A DNA stretch of 64,000 nucleotides from Yuukianura sp. NJ FZ-2021 (Eukaryota): the NCBI GenBank assembly GCA_046563655.1, contig CM102284.1, forward strand, positions 186,001 through 250,000. Reading direction: 5' to 3'. The position numbers and the translations under genes were made by a program. The notes under the pieces are model-generated. The model did not search any database, was not told the DNA's origin, and worked only from the letters and a program-made list of their open reading frames with translations. Shown piece after piece: positions 26,250 through 44,074 of the stretch; the first letter of the stretch is position 1, and the number at the start of each line of letters is the position of its first letter.

Positions 26250-26981
26250 ATGACTACAGCGGCTCGACCGACGTACGAACGATACAACTCGCGGTGGTTC
26301 TGGAAGGAGTAACGTTATACCATGTGTATCTTTTGTTACAGAGATGCTGGACAAGGCACTGAAGATGAAAGGAAGAGCAACAACTTCCGAAAGGAGCTCG
26401 AGGAAAAGGAGAGACAAACTTCGTCCAAGAAAGATTCTAAACTGGCCATCGCTGGATCCACTTCTGGAATTCCCTTGAAAAAGGCTAAGATTGAGAGTGG
26501 TAACCTGGATGCTGATGATCCAATTGACAATTCAGATGCAGATGCATCGGCTGGATCGGCCAACATTAAAGTAAGCAGAGCTTAGAGTAAATATACATTG
26601 CCCATCAAAACACTTCTGATTGTTTCCCTTTGCTTTTTAGTTTAAGATACCGAAGAAGCAGTTCCTACTTCCTGAATTCCGGGACCAGAGTGCCAGAGAC
26701 AAACTGGAAGATGAAGCCAGCTTTGCTCTCAACGTAATTTTTCAATAACTGGTAAAAAATGGGAGCATTGATCACTTGTTTTTTCTAATTTTTAGACCGG
26801 AAGTGTTGCTGCAGTGGAGCGGTTTGAGCAAAACGTGAAGCGACAACTGCGGAAGGAGCGGAAGCAGGGCAAGGCAGCGTTTTTGGCGGGATTAGGACCA
26901 TCCAAGAAAGAAGACAGGAAGATGAGGAAAAGCATTAAAGCCAAAGTTAACCAATTGAAGGCTTCCGTTTCTTCAAAATAA
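26250..26981 (+). CDS. CWC15-derived chimeric gene (CWC15 N-terminal part fused to unrelated basic C-terminal exons); may be a pseudogene
   Basis: MTTAARPT, RGGSGR, FRKELEEKER and NLDADDP are CWC15 motifs. Exons 26250-26272, 26342-26570, 26641-26733 and 26796-26981 give a 176-aa ORF; AATAAA at 27054; the conserved CWC15 C-terminus is absent. Confidence 0.6.
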
Positions 26982-27889
26982 CACTCACGCTATTGAATAC
27001 TGTCAGAAATTTAACCGAGACATAACAATTTAGAGGAAATCCATCTGTGTTTCAATAAATTGTCTTGTTGGTAAGTTTTACAAATGAATGTTTTTATTTT
27101 TCTAGACTTATTGAAGCGTTGCTTTCATTTTCTGTACAGTTTTTAGGTTGCTTTAGTAATGTAACGCCCACAACGACCTCACATGTGGCCATAATTTCTT
27201 ACTAATCTTACAGTTGTTAAACTTCTAATCCTCAAGTACATTAACTTAATCATTAAGTTCATAGTTAATGCTTAATTTAATTAATTGAGGTGATGATTAA
27301 CTTTACTGCTGAGGGGGACAAGTTCCTAATGTAGTAAAGGGCGTCAATCGCACCATTCATAACGTCAGTCTAAAATTATGAAGTCTACCACCAGTACAAA
27401 TCAAAATTTCAGCTCCTGAATTTTTGAAAATTTTGAAACAAAACAAAATTGCAATGTTTTTTAACACTAAAAAAGTTTTTAGTGTTATGCAGTTGCAGCG
27501 TGAGTAATTGGGAGAAAAGCTGCCATGTTTAGTTATGCAGTTTGTATGGTTGAACTGGTTTTTGCGTAATTTTGAAAAAGCGCGGGAGTTTTGCTTTGAA
27601 TTTGAACTGAAAATGGATGTTTTTGAGGTACTTGGTGACGCAGGAGTAATTAAAGAAGTTGAACACGTTGTAGCACCCGGGGGAAATTAGGATACAGAAC
27701 TCCACCGTCCAAAACTAGCCTGCTCACACGATGGTGGAGGTCAATTATTAACACCTCAATCATTAATTGACACCTCAGTTAGTAATTACTTTAAATAATT
27801 AGCACACAAGTACCAACAGTCTCTCACTTCCCTACAAATTCACCTTCCAACGCTTTTGGGCCAGCATACGACTAAATCTTTTACAAATT

Positions 27890-28225
27890 GCCGAATTGTC
27901 AACAGAAAAAATCGACAACAGGAAAAGTCAAGAAAAGTCAACAGGAGAGTGCTCAACACGAAAAGTCAGGGAAAAACCATCCAGCAGAAAAGTCTCCAAA
28001 ATCATCAACAGGAAAACTTCTCAACAGGAAAAGTCAATCAAAATCGTGAAATCAACAGGAAAACTCGTCACAAAAAAAGAAAAAAAAACAAGGAAAATTG
28101 TCAAAAGAAAAAGTCAGGAAGAAGGGTTACAGGAAAACACGCCAACAGGAAAAATTCTCGCAAAAGCAAAAGCCAGTAAATACTCTCAACAGGAAAAATC
28201 GTCAACAGGAAAAATTGTAAACAGA
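27890..28225. repeat. Degenerate tandem array of TCAACAGGAAAA units (probable transposon subterminal repeats)
   Basis: More than 10 degenerate copies; accounts for the Lys/Arg-rich spurious ORFs; followed by CGCAAAGGTTAA. Confidence 0.7.
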
Positions 28226-29860
28226 AATTAAGATCTTTAGGTTCGCAAAGGTTAAAATTCCTGTGGGTTTGCCTCTACTTTCCCTCAAAGTTAAGTTATG
28301 GCCTCTGCTTGCCTTCAAAGGTATGATATTAATTACCTAACTTAACTAATTTATACAAAAGTGTTAATTACAATAATTAAGACTTAATTGTACAATTTCC
28401 TACAATTTGAAACTCTAGTCCACTTGCATTTTTTTAGAGAGGCAAAGGATAGTGACATTATTGTTGATTTGTTTGAAGGAAGTTGTACTTCTGAGTACTC
28501 GTCTACCAGCCTACGTGTTAGCAGTTTAGTTGAGGCAAATTCTACACTCTTAATTAAACTTTTAATTAACTTTTTAACTTAATTAATCACTAAGTTAAGA
28601 CATAGAAGCGTCGCTTGGAATGGGGCTTCTGCTCCCCACTCTCTTCTACTTTTTAGTAATTCACAAGTTGATATGTTTGGATTTACAAGGGCTTAGTTTG
28701 TCTTTCTAAAAGTTAGGTATCAAATTGTAAGGCTATCAGATATGTTCTGGAGTCATTAGGTTTTTAACCTACTTAGGTTTTCACTCATGGTACATTATGA
28801 ACCCATCTCCTTACGTTATTAACCCATATTTTGGGTTAACGCACAAAACCTAACCAAATATGATATGTTTTCATGTCTTCAACTCATACAGAAACAACAA
28901 GTTTTCCTTACTTTTGGGTTAACTTGAATAATAACGAAACTCCTTAATTTGGTTCAGTTTTTCAAAATTTCGTTTTTTTTTTCAAGTAAAGTTTTAAATG
29001 TTGGAATTTTGTGGCTACTGTGTCGCTGGAATTTTGGCGCTCAAATTTGAATGTTGTTTGTGCGGAATTGTAAAAATGAAAGAGAAAACAGAAAATGTTC
29101 CAACTTTCACTCAAGGTCGGTCCGGCCGAATATAGGCTTTCACTATTTCTAAAAATTAAGTTTTCTAAAAACTGAGTTCTTTCAAAATCCTTTTTCAAAA
29201 AACACATTTCCCTTAGTATATTGTTTTAAAATTTGGGATTTGTTCTTGGAATGTAGTTGTTTGGGCATTTTAGCTTAACTTTAAAAGTGCGATTATTTCG
29301 CACTTTGTCCGTCGCCTCTTTACTCTTAATGGCAGTTAGTTGAACAAGTTTTCTCTCCCGCCAAAAACTAACGGGGAGGGACGAGAGAAACCGAGAGGTC
29401 TTCGGGAAGATCCGTTGGCATGTTAAGGTTAACTAACTTTAATTAAACTAATTAACTAAGTCAATTAACTAACTAAGCTTGTGTTTGAACAGGAAAAGGC
29501 AAGGAAGGAAGGACAAATGACCTCCTCTGAACATGTACAAAATGGAATGTTTCTCTTGTGCTCCATCAACTTCCAAATTCCGTTGAGTACACCGCTAAAA
29601 AGGCTACAAATTCTAGAAATTCGGGAAATTCCGGGAATTGACGGGAAATTCTGGGAAATTCCGGGAAATTTGGGGAAATGAAGAGAAAGTGGCAGTTTTG
29701 AGAAGAACTGGAGAAAAGTAGACTTCGGTTCCACCTTGTTCAAGTGAAGTGGGAGTCCTGGAGAGTGGCGGGAGTTTTTGAAAATGTTGGTGGCGGGAAA
29801 TTTGAAATTGTGGTCATGGATGTTAGGTGTTTGGGGCACAGTGAGACTTTTGAGTGACTT

Positions 29861-34442
<4,582 letters not shown>

Positions 34443-37400
34443 TTCTCATCTCAAGCGGCTCTCGCACGGAAGCTACAATCAACAAAGTCATTCTGAATCA
34501 TTTCTTTTTTAGTCATTCATTTTATATACTGAGATAATCGCGTTTCCAACATCTAAAAAAAATTAACAAAAAAATTCGGAAATGTTTTGGAAAATTAAAA
34601 AAAAAATGTTTATACTAAAACGAGAGATGTCTGTATAACTGTTGATTAGTCACATCGGGAGGCTTTCTATTCGTCAACTGTCACAAAATTATTGATTGTG
34701 CGACAAGACAACTAAACTGGGCATTTATCTCATTAAAAATCTCCACTAATCAACTGCTCAATCGCAAAACAAAATACTAATTATGAAAATTATAACAATT
34801 ATGAAAATTATAATTATAATTTATCCATTAATTCTACTCCACTAGCAGTTCCTCTTTGAAACTAAAAGCGTTGCTTAAAAAAGTGAGGGTAGACTAAATG
34901 TCTGATTTGGCGGATTCTGAGTTGGCTGGGAGTGAACCCTGAAAGTTTCGGAGTGAAAGTGGATGGAGGTGGGTTCTTGCGTTCCCAAGGCCACGAAGGC
35001 TCCACTTTTTCTGGTGCAGGGACAAAGGGAGAGTAGAGAGTGTTATTGTGACGGAAGGGCAGCATAAATCCAGTGTCTTCAGCCCAGCAGCACAAACTCT
35101 CTCCGATCCTCAAACATCCCAATCGATCAAATTCTCTCTCCAAAACCTGAGAGAAAGCAACCTCTTCAGCCCTGCACAAACCAAACCCAAGTCGATTCAT
35201 ACGAGATGCAATCAAAGGGGTTTTAGGCACGACGATTTTCATTGAAAAGAGTTTTAGCCCATTTTCAACCCAAGAGTTTCTAGACGATTTTCAATACTAC
35301 ACTTTTAGGCACGAAGATTTTCAAAAGCGGAGTTTGAGACAGTGCGATTTTCACTACGAAGGTCAAAAAGTTGCATTGTGCGGTTTGCCAAACTCAGCAA
35401 ATTTCCGGTTTTCAGCTAAATCCGGTTTTAGCTTTACCGGATTTGAAACTAATCCCACATTTTGACACTCCTCAGTTCACTCAAATCCTTTTAATACTCT
35501 CCATTCTTAGAACACAAAAGGAAACACTGTGTTTCGGAACTTCAGTTTGGGCGGAATGTCTGACATTCCACAGTTCTTACAAATGCAGCTTTCTTTAATA
35601 AAAGTGACCTCGGTCAAAGGTCATTTGAGGTCAAAATTAAAAGTTAGCAGCTTTTACCAAAAAAAAGTCTACTTTTTCTTTGTTTCTTTGAAGAATTGTG
35701 TTGGGTTGTGGTTGAGAGGAGAAAGTTGGATGTGTTTTGTGTGAGATTGGGTTAATAATTCGTTGGTTTAGGTTTATTAGGTTAAGCATGAACACTGTTA
35801 GGTTCAGTTAGGCTAAGAAGAAGCATATTACAAAGTCCAAATGGGTTTCCACTTCGCCGTCCGTTCCACGCAAAGGAGTCGTAATTTGGAGTAGCAAGGA
35901 GGAAGGTGATGGAGAGATAAGGAAAACGTCTTCGTTCAGAGCGAGAGAAAGTTAGGAAGAGAGAAAGTTAGGCACACGGAACGTGGAGGCAGAAAGTAGG
36001 CAAATTGGAAGAGGAAGTGGAAATGCAGAAAAGTCCAGGAAAATCCCAAATGTCAACATTCAACAATCAACTTCCGCACAAAACTTAAACTGCATCAAAC
36101 ACTGCTCACTCCACAACATCCTTCAATATCAAAAGTGCAAAAAACACGTTGTTTGTGAGTATAAAATAAACATCACCCCAAATACACGTCAAAATACATT
36201 TCACAACAAACTGCACGTCAAAATACACGTCACAACAAACTCCACGTCAAAATAGTCAAAAGACATGTCACAGCAAAATGCACGTCAAAGTAAATGCCAC
36301 AGCAAAACTCATGTCATTAAAAGAGACGTAATTGGTCCGCCTTCAAAACTTGTGAATTGAACGGAATTTTGAGGCAAATTCGAAAATTGTCAAAACGGGT
36401 TGGAGAAATTTTGAATTCTTTTTTTTTTAAATTTGCGTTTTGTCGCAATGGCATACGTTCATGTGACTTCGAAATGAATATGTTTGGAGAGACAGTGAGG
36501 ATGAAAAGATAGGTTGGTTGCTGAGCATCGGAGGATGTGACATGGCTACCAACAACCAGCACAACCTGCTCCTCCGACTACAAACAACCTTCTTTTCCAA
36601 GAATCCTCACAAGAACCCATATTTTCTAATTATAAACCAACCACACTGAGCTACCACCAAAAGACACACAGGTCAAAGGTCATTCAAGCAAAAAAAGGCA
36701 AAAAAGCAAAGAAAGGCAAAAAGCACAAAAAAAGAAAAGAGTAAAAACTACCGTTGCCAGTCTGGTGGATTTGTTAACTTAAAGAATGTGAGTTAGAGTA
36801 AAAGTAAGAGTAAGAAAACCCAACACTAAAAAGTGTAAGATAAGTTGGAATTTTTGCCTAAAATGTTTGATGTAAGGTTATGTTTTTTATGTTTTGGGGA
36901 ATTGTTGTCACTTTGGCTTAATGGAAAGTTGAAAGTTGAGAATTGTAAGGCCATTTGTCATAGAGGAAGTAGGTAAGAGTGACTTTGTTAGCCTATGTTA
37001 TGTAAGTTATGTTAGGCTATGTTTTGAGTGTAGAGACATGGAGAAAGTGGAGTCTTTCCCTATTATCCACGAGGGATCTCGTTAAAGCAAAGATCAACCT
37101 TTCTTTTTCGGAACTCCACAAATTGATCATACTCTCCAACACAGAACACAAAACCCGCCTTTTTCACACAAACAGGGTCTCTGCGTCGTACGAGGCACAG
37201 GACACTCTTGGACGGACTCAAGTGAACGCAAATATGGACGTCAATCCAAATTTCAAACCGATCTGTCTGGACGGAATATTCGGAACCTATATCTTTTTAA
37301 ACGCATTTCTGACAAAATTTTTGATGTCAGGTTAAGGTAATAACGGAACAAAAATCAGTAAATTGACATAACTATATCGTCCTTGCGATACCGTCCATCC

Positions 37401-37869
37401 GTGTCTGTGATTCCGTCCATCCGTCCATAAGCTTCAGTCCATCCGTCCATCGGTCCATAACATTCCGTACAAAAGTGTCGTGGAGTGTTGGGAAGAGTGG
37501 AAGTGAAGTGGAACATGTTGGTTTGAAATGAAAAGAAAGAAAGTAGAGAAGATGTTCCATAATCCACTCTCTCCAGACATTTCCTCAGTCACTCCAAAGT
37601 TACTCCCTCCATAAATGACAAAAACCAACACTCTCCATGCAAACTTAGGAAATAAAAGTTACCTCAACTTATGGTTGCTAGGCAACCGCACTCCAAAATT
37701 ACTCTTTCCCCCACAACATCATCATTATGCAACATCCCAACTCACTTTTTTAAATTAAAAACTTCCCCAAACTACTCCAACTGTCACAACAACTCTCAAA
37801 CTACATCTCTTCTTAATCAAAATGTGTTTCAACTTATTTTGAAATACAACATATTCTCCAATATTTCCA

Positions 37870-38050
37870 ACAACAATATGGTTTTGGAATATTTTGAAAT
37901 GAAATATGTGTTTGGAATATTTTGAAATGGAATATGCGTTTGGAATATTTTGAAATGGAATATGTTTTTGGAATATTTTGGGATAGAATATGTTTTGGAA
38001 TATTTTGACATTGAATATGTTTTTGTAATATTTTGGATATGTTTTTGTAG
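37870..38050. repeat. Minisatellite (~27-bp TTTGGAATATTTTGAAATGGAATATGT)
   Basis: About 6 degenerate tandem copies. Confidence 0.8.
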
Positions 38051-39006
38051 TATTTGACTTCATTTCACGGCAAGAGTGTTTGGAATGGAAAAGAGAAAGT
38101 AGTTCTCTATTGGAGGGAGTGCTTGAGGTGGGAATTTCGTTTGACGCATGACTGGTTCGTTGGTTCTACAAATGTCAGAGAACAAATGTCTTCTGGGAAC
38201 GAAACCTACTCTACTCACTTTTTTTTTAAAAGTTCTGTTCCAGGAAGACACCATTGAGATACAATCAAATTGGTGTATTACCGCCTAATTCCTTTGTCCA
38301 CGCTCAGTTCAATTACCAATTTAACAAACAGTTTCCAAACATTAAACTCTTTTACTTGCCAAATCAAAATTTATTTGAATTTAGCATGTGAAAAACAGAG
38401 TCGTCGTTTTTGTTAACATTCTGCACGCTTCACCTCCCTCTTTGCTCAAACTCTATTCATAGTCCGTAATTAAAGTTACGCTATGCATGTACTTCCTTTT
38501 ATACGCATGCATACAATTACTCAAAAGTTTTAAATTTTGAATAACTTTATTTTGAAAATTTATATTTTCAGTTTTCCAACCATTTTTCGAAAGAGATGGG
38601 AATGTTTAGAGTAATTTTGAAAAAGGAGGCTTGGGGAAAGGAAATTTGAAATAAAGCGTCAAAATGATCTCTTGGGCGCAGTAGGTGACTTTGTCTCTTT
38701 TTTGAAAAGTTGAATTCCTTTGAACTTTTGAAAAGAGTGTTTAGGAGGTTGACGTTGAGAAGCGATGTTACATGGGTTTAGCACTGCGGGAGCTAATGGT
38801 TTGTCGCATTAGACAAAGCCAACGGCTCTTCAGACGCACCAATCATCTACTTAAACTCCCCTTAATCCCACCCAAGTGACACATCAACCTCAACACCTCC
38901 ATTTTCTGCCCCACCAACGGCCCCACCACTCATTTTATGTCTTTCTTCCTTTAAAGATATTTTGAAATCCCACATTTTCAATCCAAACACTCGGGGTTTG
39001 TTAGTA

Positions 39007-39339
39007 CCGTAAAACTTCTCATAGACGCCAAAAGTCAAGGTTGCTATAGCCCCAATTCATACAAGTGCACTAACAGGTTATGCCATAATTCATTTTTTCA
39101 AACAAATTAAAAAGAAAATAACTTTTTACGAATTTGGTACGAATCCCATTTACTTTAAAAGTCATGAGGTCAACAAATCGCAGAAAAAATTCAAAACAAA
39201 CAATTTTTAAAGAATAGGAGTTATGGCATCACCTTTTAAGAAAAAATAAACAAAATTTCGATTTCAACGACCTCCCCAAAAGTCGAGTCTTTGGTGTTTA
39301 TTTTGAATAAACGGAGGGCCTTTATGAGAAGTTTTACGG
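39007..39339. mobile_element. pogo/Tc1-type MITE
   Basis: TIR CCGTAAAACTTCTCATA / TATGAGAAGTTTTACGG; TA on the left and TG on the right. Confidence 0.75.
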
Positions 39340-42300
39340 TGTTTTGGAAATTTGAAAGCTTATGTTTGGAAAGTTGGAATTTAGCGTATGATGACAGTGT
39401 AAAAATGATGTTAGACTGTGTTAGGAGCTAGATAGGGAGTGTGTAGAAGAAAGAGTGAAAAGTGGAAATCAATATTTGAGTTTTGTGTTAGCGTAAGCGC
39501 AGGAGTGGTGGAGAAAGTGGAGAAAGAGACCAGATTCAGATTGAGTTTGGCACAATTCTACGTTAAGTCAAAGTTAGGTTGAAGTAAAGCTGAAGTTAGA
39601 CTGATGTTTGGTAGAACTAAAGTTGAAGTAAGGCTGAAGTTAAGATGAAGTACGGTTGCAGTAAGATCATTTGTGACTGAGAATTGAAGCTGCATGTGTC
39701 TGTAATTTTTTTCTAAAAAGCGGAGAAAGTGGAGACTGAAAAAAAGTGGTGACATGGTAGAAACCTGGTGCAGCACGAACTAACTTCATTTTACCTGCAC
39801 ACGACCAATCACAAACAAATTTTTTCTTCAGAACAAGAAAAAAATCAACTTTTTTTTTTACCACGTTCTATTTTTCCTTAGTTTTCGAAAAAGAAATGGA
39901 AGTTTGGAAAAAGAGGTATTTAGTTATAGTTGTATTGATTTAGATTTCTTACCTGTTTGAGTTCATTCCATTTCTGTCCATAGTTGATCAATCGATTGTT
40001 CACAAACAAATTTGAGTGAATTTGACAAGTTGAGAGAAAACAAGAAGAGTAAAATTCACTTTTAGTGCACAGTTTAAATCGCCAGAGACGGTGACCTTTG
40101 ACCTTTCGTAGAAATAGTAAAAGTCCAAAATAGAAGTGTCCACCTACGCACTTTCACGAAATCACAAACTCACAACAACTACTTCCTCCAAATCCATTTA
40201 GCACTTTCACAACATAAAACGGAACTTATACTCAAGAGGAATTTTGTTACTCACATGTATGTATACCACATGTGCTATGTAGTACACATGTGGAATATGC
40301 CAATATGTACGTGCTAATATTTTGTTCCTAACTTTTGAAGTGTACTATATTTGGATATGTTTCCATATTTTGATATGTTTGGATATGTATGAGTGACTAT
40401 TTGTAGATGTATGTATGATATGATTTGTTGACACCAGTAAATATGTGGTGTATGTCAGGGATAGTTTGAGAGTAGAAGACACAGTGACTGATATGCATTG
40501 AAGATTGAAGTTGGACCACAAGAGTTAAGTGATGGTGAGGAGATCATGTTGAAGATGAATGGAAATCATGCGGAGTGTTTGTCCTTGGCCATTCGAACTG
40601 TCAGACATTTCTTGAGTCGATTTGAACTAGGCGTGGAGGTTGGAGTTGGAGGTTGAATGTTGCGCAACTTTTTAATTTCATTGTACGTTTTCCATGTTTG
40701 TGAGAGTGGATGAAGTGGATTTTGTGGAATTTGAGATGGAATGGAAAGTGGAATGAAAGTGGAACGAGAGAAAGAGAGGCTGAGGGAGTGAATAATTGAA
40801 GGACAAAGTTCCAATTGATTCAATTTGGAGTGTAGGCTTGAGGAGTTCCCATTTCCAACACTCTGGAATAAACAGAAAGTAGACACTAAATTACTCCAAT
40901 TACTAACATATTTCAACTAAACCAAAAGTCCACTACGTCAAATACTTCCACAAATTAAGCGTCATTTACTACAACTAATGACTAACATTACAAAAAAAAA
41001 GTTTGGTTACGTTAATAACTCCCAAAAAAAATTTTGCTGAATTTTTTTTGTAGTAGAAGATACCAAGGGTATAGTCTTGCTCTGCAAAAAGCAAAAATGC
41101 TTCGTGAAAGTAAAACAGAACTCAAGGCAAAATCTTTTCTCAAGGCAAAATTTTTGCTGCTGCAAAATCCTAAACGTCAAAATTCTGATTGTTTGAGAAC
41201 AGGATGTCGTACGAACGGCAAAATTTTTGCTGTTGAACAACTGGGTGTCCGACAAACGGCAAAATGTTTGCTGGGATTTGCTCCTTTGATTGTAGGTTTG
41301 AATGTTCTTCAAATTCCTTTTTTTGAAAAGTTGACATTTGTGATTGACTGAGCTCATTGCGCCTGGACTTTTAGTCGCTGGATGTTTTTAATTTGAGATT
41401 GTGTTGCGTGTGTAAATGGTTGTATCTGGTTGGTTTTTTGTTGAAGTGTCTCATGTGGACTTGATTGAGTGAATAATGCACCACAAAGTAATGACTTTCT
41501 TTTTATGCTTTCACTCAAACTTCAAAAACCAAATGAAAATAGTGTTAATAAGTTACAACCAGGGGAAATGCTCTCTTAAATAACACAAACACTCTTATAT
41601 ATCTATAACATCAAATGAAGTACTTACATTTATAATCTCGTATCGAGTTCCAAAATTTTTGACTTTTCGCACCTCTTTTTTGAAAATATTTTGAAAATTT
41701 AAAAGTGCCAAACACAAATCAGATCCGAAGGACTGTAGAATGTGCTACATTTTTTTAGTCGTGTGGTCACTGCTGTCCAAGTATCGATTTCACACTGCAC
41801 TTTACACTCCTCACGCTAGCACCAAGTTGACCTGTCAAAGGTCGTTGACCTCTTAGTTTGAGCGTGACCTTTCAGTTTCTAAGTTGACCTTTGACCCAGT
41901 TCTGTGTTAACCTTAGTAGTGAGCGTGAGTGAGCTGGGGGAGCAGAGTCCTTGGGATCATAGTTGGAGTGATGCACTTGTGCTGAGAAGTGAGCCACGGG
42001 TGCTGCTGCAACGAGACTGGCCTCCAACCTGGCCAAGTACTCTCGTCTGCACCCCGTATCTGCAGTGCACAACCGAATCACACTCGGAACACACGAGCGA
42101 AGTGGTGGACGTGGTGGGGTGGTGGAGCAAGAGCAGTCGGTTCGAGCCCAGGCGCCGGCAAAAGTCGGACCTGTCCACATCGCGAGTGGAACCAAGTGAA
42201 AGTCCCCAATTTCAAAACTTTTCTCCAGTAGGAACCTGTACCAGATCAAACCAGAGCCAACTTTGTCCAAACTGTACTTTGGAATATTTATTCCGTTTTC

Positions 42301-42502
42301 TGCGCCATCTCGCGACGATTCCTGCCAACTGAAAGAATCGGAACGCTGATTCTCAAAGTGTGAATAAATACCAAAAACAATAGACTTTGTAAAGTTAGAG
42401 TTAATTTAACAATTATAGTTTTAACAGGTTTAACAAAAACAAAGTAAAACGGGTAAAAATCGAGTGACGGATACGAAAATTCGAAAAAAAAAATCGCTTT
42501 TT

Positions 42503-44074
42503 TTATATGTCCCGAGTAGCGTGTAACTTCTGCCTTAAGGAAAACAGTTTCTTGACCCACTGCTCTTCTCTTTCCCGTTGATTGATGATTAACTATAATA
42601 AAAAGTATAAATTACATGTTTTACATTAATTCAGATTTGTTAAGTTGTTGTTTTTTACATTAGGGTGGCACAGGATTTCCTTGTCCAAGTTGGTAAGTGT
42701 GACTGGCTTCAACTCCAAAGCTGGTAACGGAATTTCGTTCAGTTTCGTCTGTTTTACGGTGGACACGAAAGTACTTGGGTGGAATCCGTCTTTTTCGATT
42801 TCCTCAATCGCCATCATCCGCTGGATTTGACATCCCAAGTCCAATTTTTCTAAAGTTACAAAAAGCAAAACGTTCATTCTACGATTTTTCAACGATTTCA
42901 TCGTTTTTCATCTTACCTTCTATTTTGGCTTGTAAAGTTGTGACAGACTTGGCAGTGGATTGTCTGTTTTTGGAAGTGGATTGACGGGAGTTTGAGTTGG
43001 AAGATTCGCTGGAATCAGATGATGAGGTTCCAGGGTTGGCAAAATGACAATGACGTCGGTCAAAAACGTCTGTCAAAAACGTTTATGACAAGACCCCTTG
43101 TCAGAAACGTCTTTTTTGTCAAATTCATTTTTTATAAAACCGTGAATTCGCGCTCAAGTTTTTAAGTAAAACCCGTGAAAAGACCCAATATGGGAACAAT
43201 TTGATCTAGAACCCAATCCAGCAGCCAGTACCTCAATTGTTAAATGTCGAAGTTGCAAGTGGAGACATGCTACGAACTACTGCACCACTTACATGGTGGA
43301 GATCCGTCAAGATTTCTCCCAATTTAATCTTCGACTGGGGGAAGTTACAGGAGCCGTGGCTGAAATTATGCGCTCAATATCTTTCTGCAAACGCCTCAAC
43401 CGCAGGACTGGAACGAATTTTTTCCACATTTGGACTTGTGCGTTCAAAATTGCGGAATCGATTAGGAAATACAAAAGCGGGAAAACTGACATTTATGTAT
43501 AAGTACCTCAATTCCAAAGCGTCGAAAGAGCGAGATTTGACAGCGGTTATACGTTATAATCTAATAGTTAGCAGGTTTACAATGTAGGTTAACCGGCAAT
43601 TTAGAATTAAAGATTTCAATTTTTGGAGGAAAGGTTTCTGACGTTTCTGACGTTTTTGACGCGTTTTTAACGTTTTAAACGTTTTTGACGTCATTTTCGT
43701 GAAAAAGACGTCATTTTGCCAACCCTGAGGTTGACCTTCTTCTTCGGTTTCTAGACTTTTCGTATTTGTCGTCATGGTGACGACGACGAGTGTCTCTTCT
43801 ATCGCGACTGTGTCGATTGGACCTTGACCGGGAATCTGGCCGCCTACGTCTATCACTAATTAAAGATGAATCAACTAATTAACATAATAGTTAAAAGTAT
43901 TAGTTAATTTAATTGTTTTCATTGTATTTTGATGTATTCGTACCGTCCATGGTGTGATGATGATCTATTTCTCCTTGACCTGCTTTCTGAATCTGACCCC
44001 GAGCTGCTACTGGACGAAGAGGAGCTTGACCTCTTCCGCCGTTTGCTTCCTCGTGCAGAACGTCCTCTGTCCAT
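42503..44074 (-). CDS. RSRC1: RSRC1/SRrp53-like arginine/serine-rich splicing factor, interrupted by a hAT insertion in exon 2
   Basis: Exon 44074-43944 (MDRGRSARGSKRRKRSSSS...), RS-rich exon from 43855, then IEEIEKDGFHPSTFVS and LCHPN|LIINQREREEQWVKKLFSLRQKL*. These match the recalled RSRC1 C-terminus (IEAIESDSFVQQTFRS; LAHPNLF...EEKWFKRLIALRQ). Confidence 0.75.
43031..43727 (+). mobile_element. Internally deleted hAT transposon with transposase C-terminal dimerisation-domain remnant
   Basis: Perfect 18-bp TIR CAGGGTTGGCAAAATGAC / GTCATTTTGCCAACCCTG; ORF 43237-43587 contains PLTWW...ASTAGLERIFSTFGLVRSKLRNRLG (hATC); flanks AGGTTC / AGGTTGAC are a degenerate TSD. Confidence 0.9.

Noticed and set aside
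27856-28231. Lys/Arg-rich ORFs
   Set aside because: Produced by the TCAACAGGAAAA repeat array.
34862-35245. 126-aa ORF upstream of ace
   Set aside because: No ATG-anchored gene structure or homology recognised; probably intronic or decayed sequence.
41872-42332. Independent protein-coding gene
   Set aside because: Several overlapping short ORFs with no motif; more consistent with a GC-rich UTR exon or promoter.
43237-43587. Active or domesticated transposase gene
   Set aside because: Only the C-terminal dimerisation fragment remains in a 697-bp deleted element, with no catalytic core.
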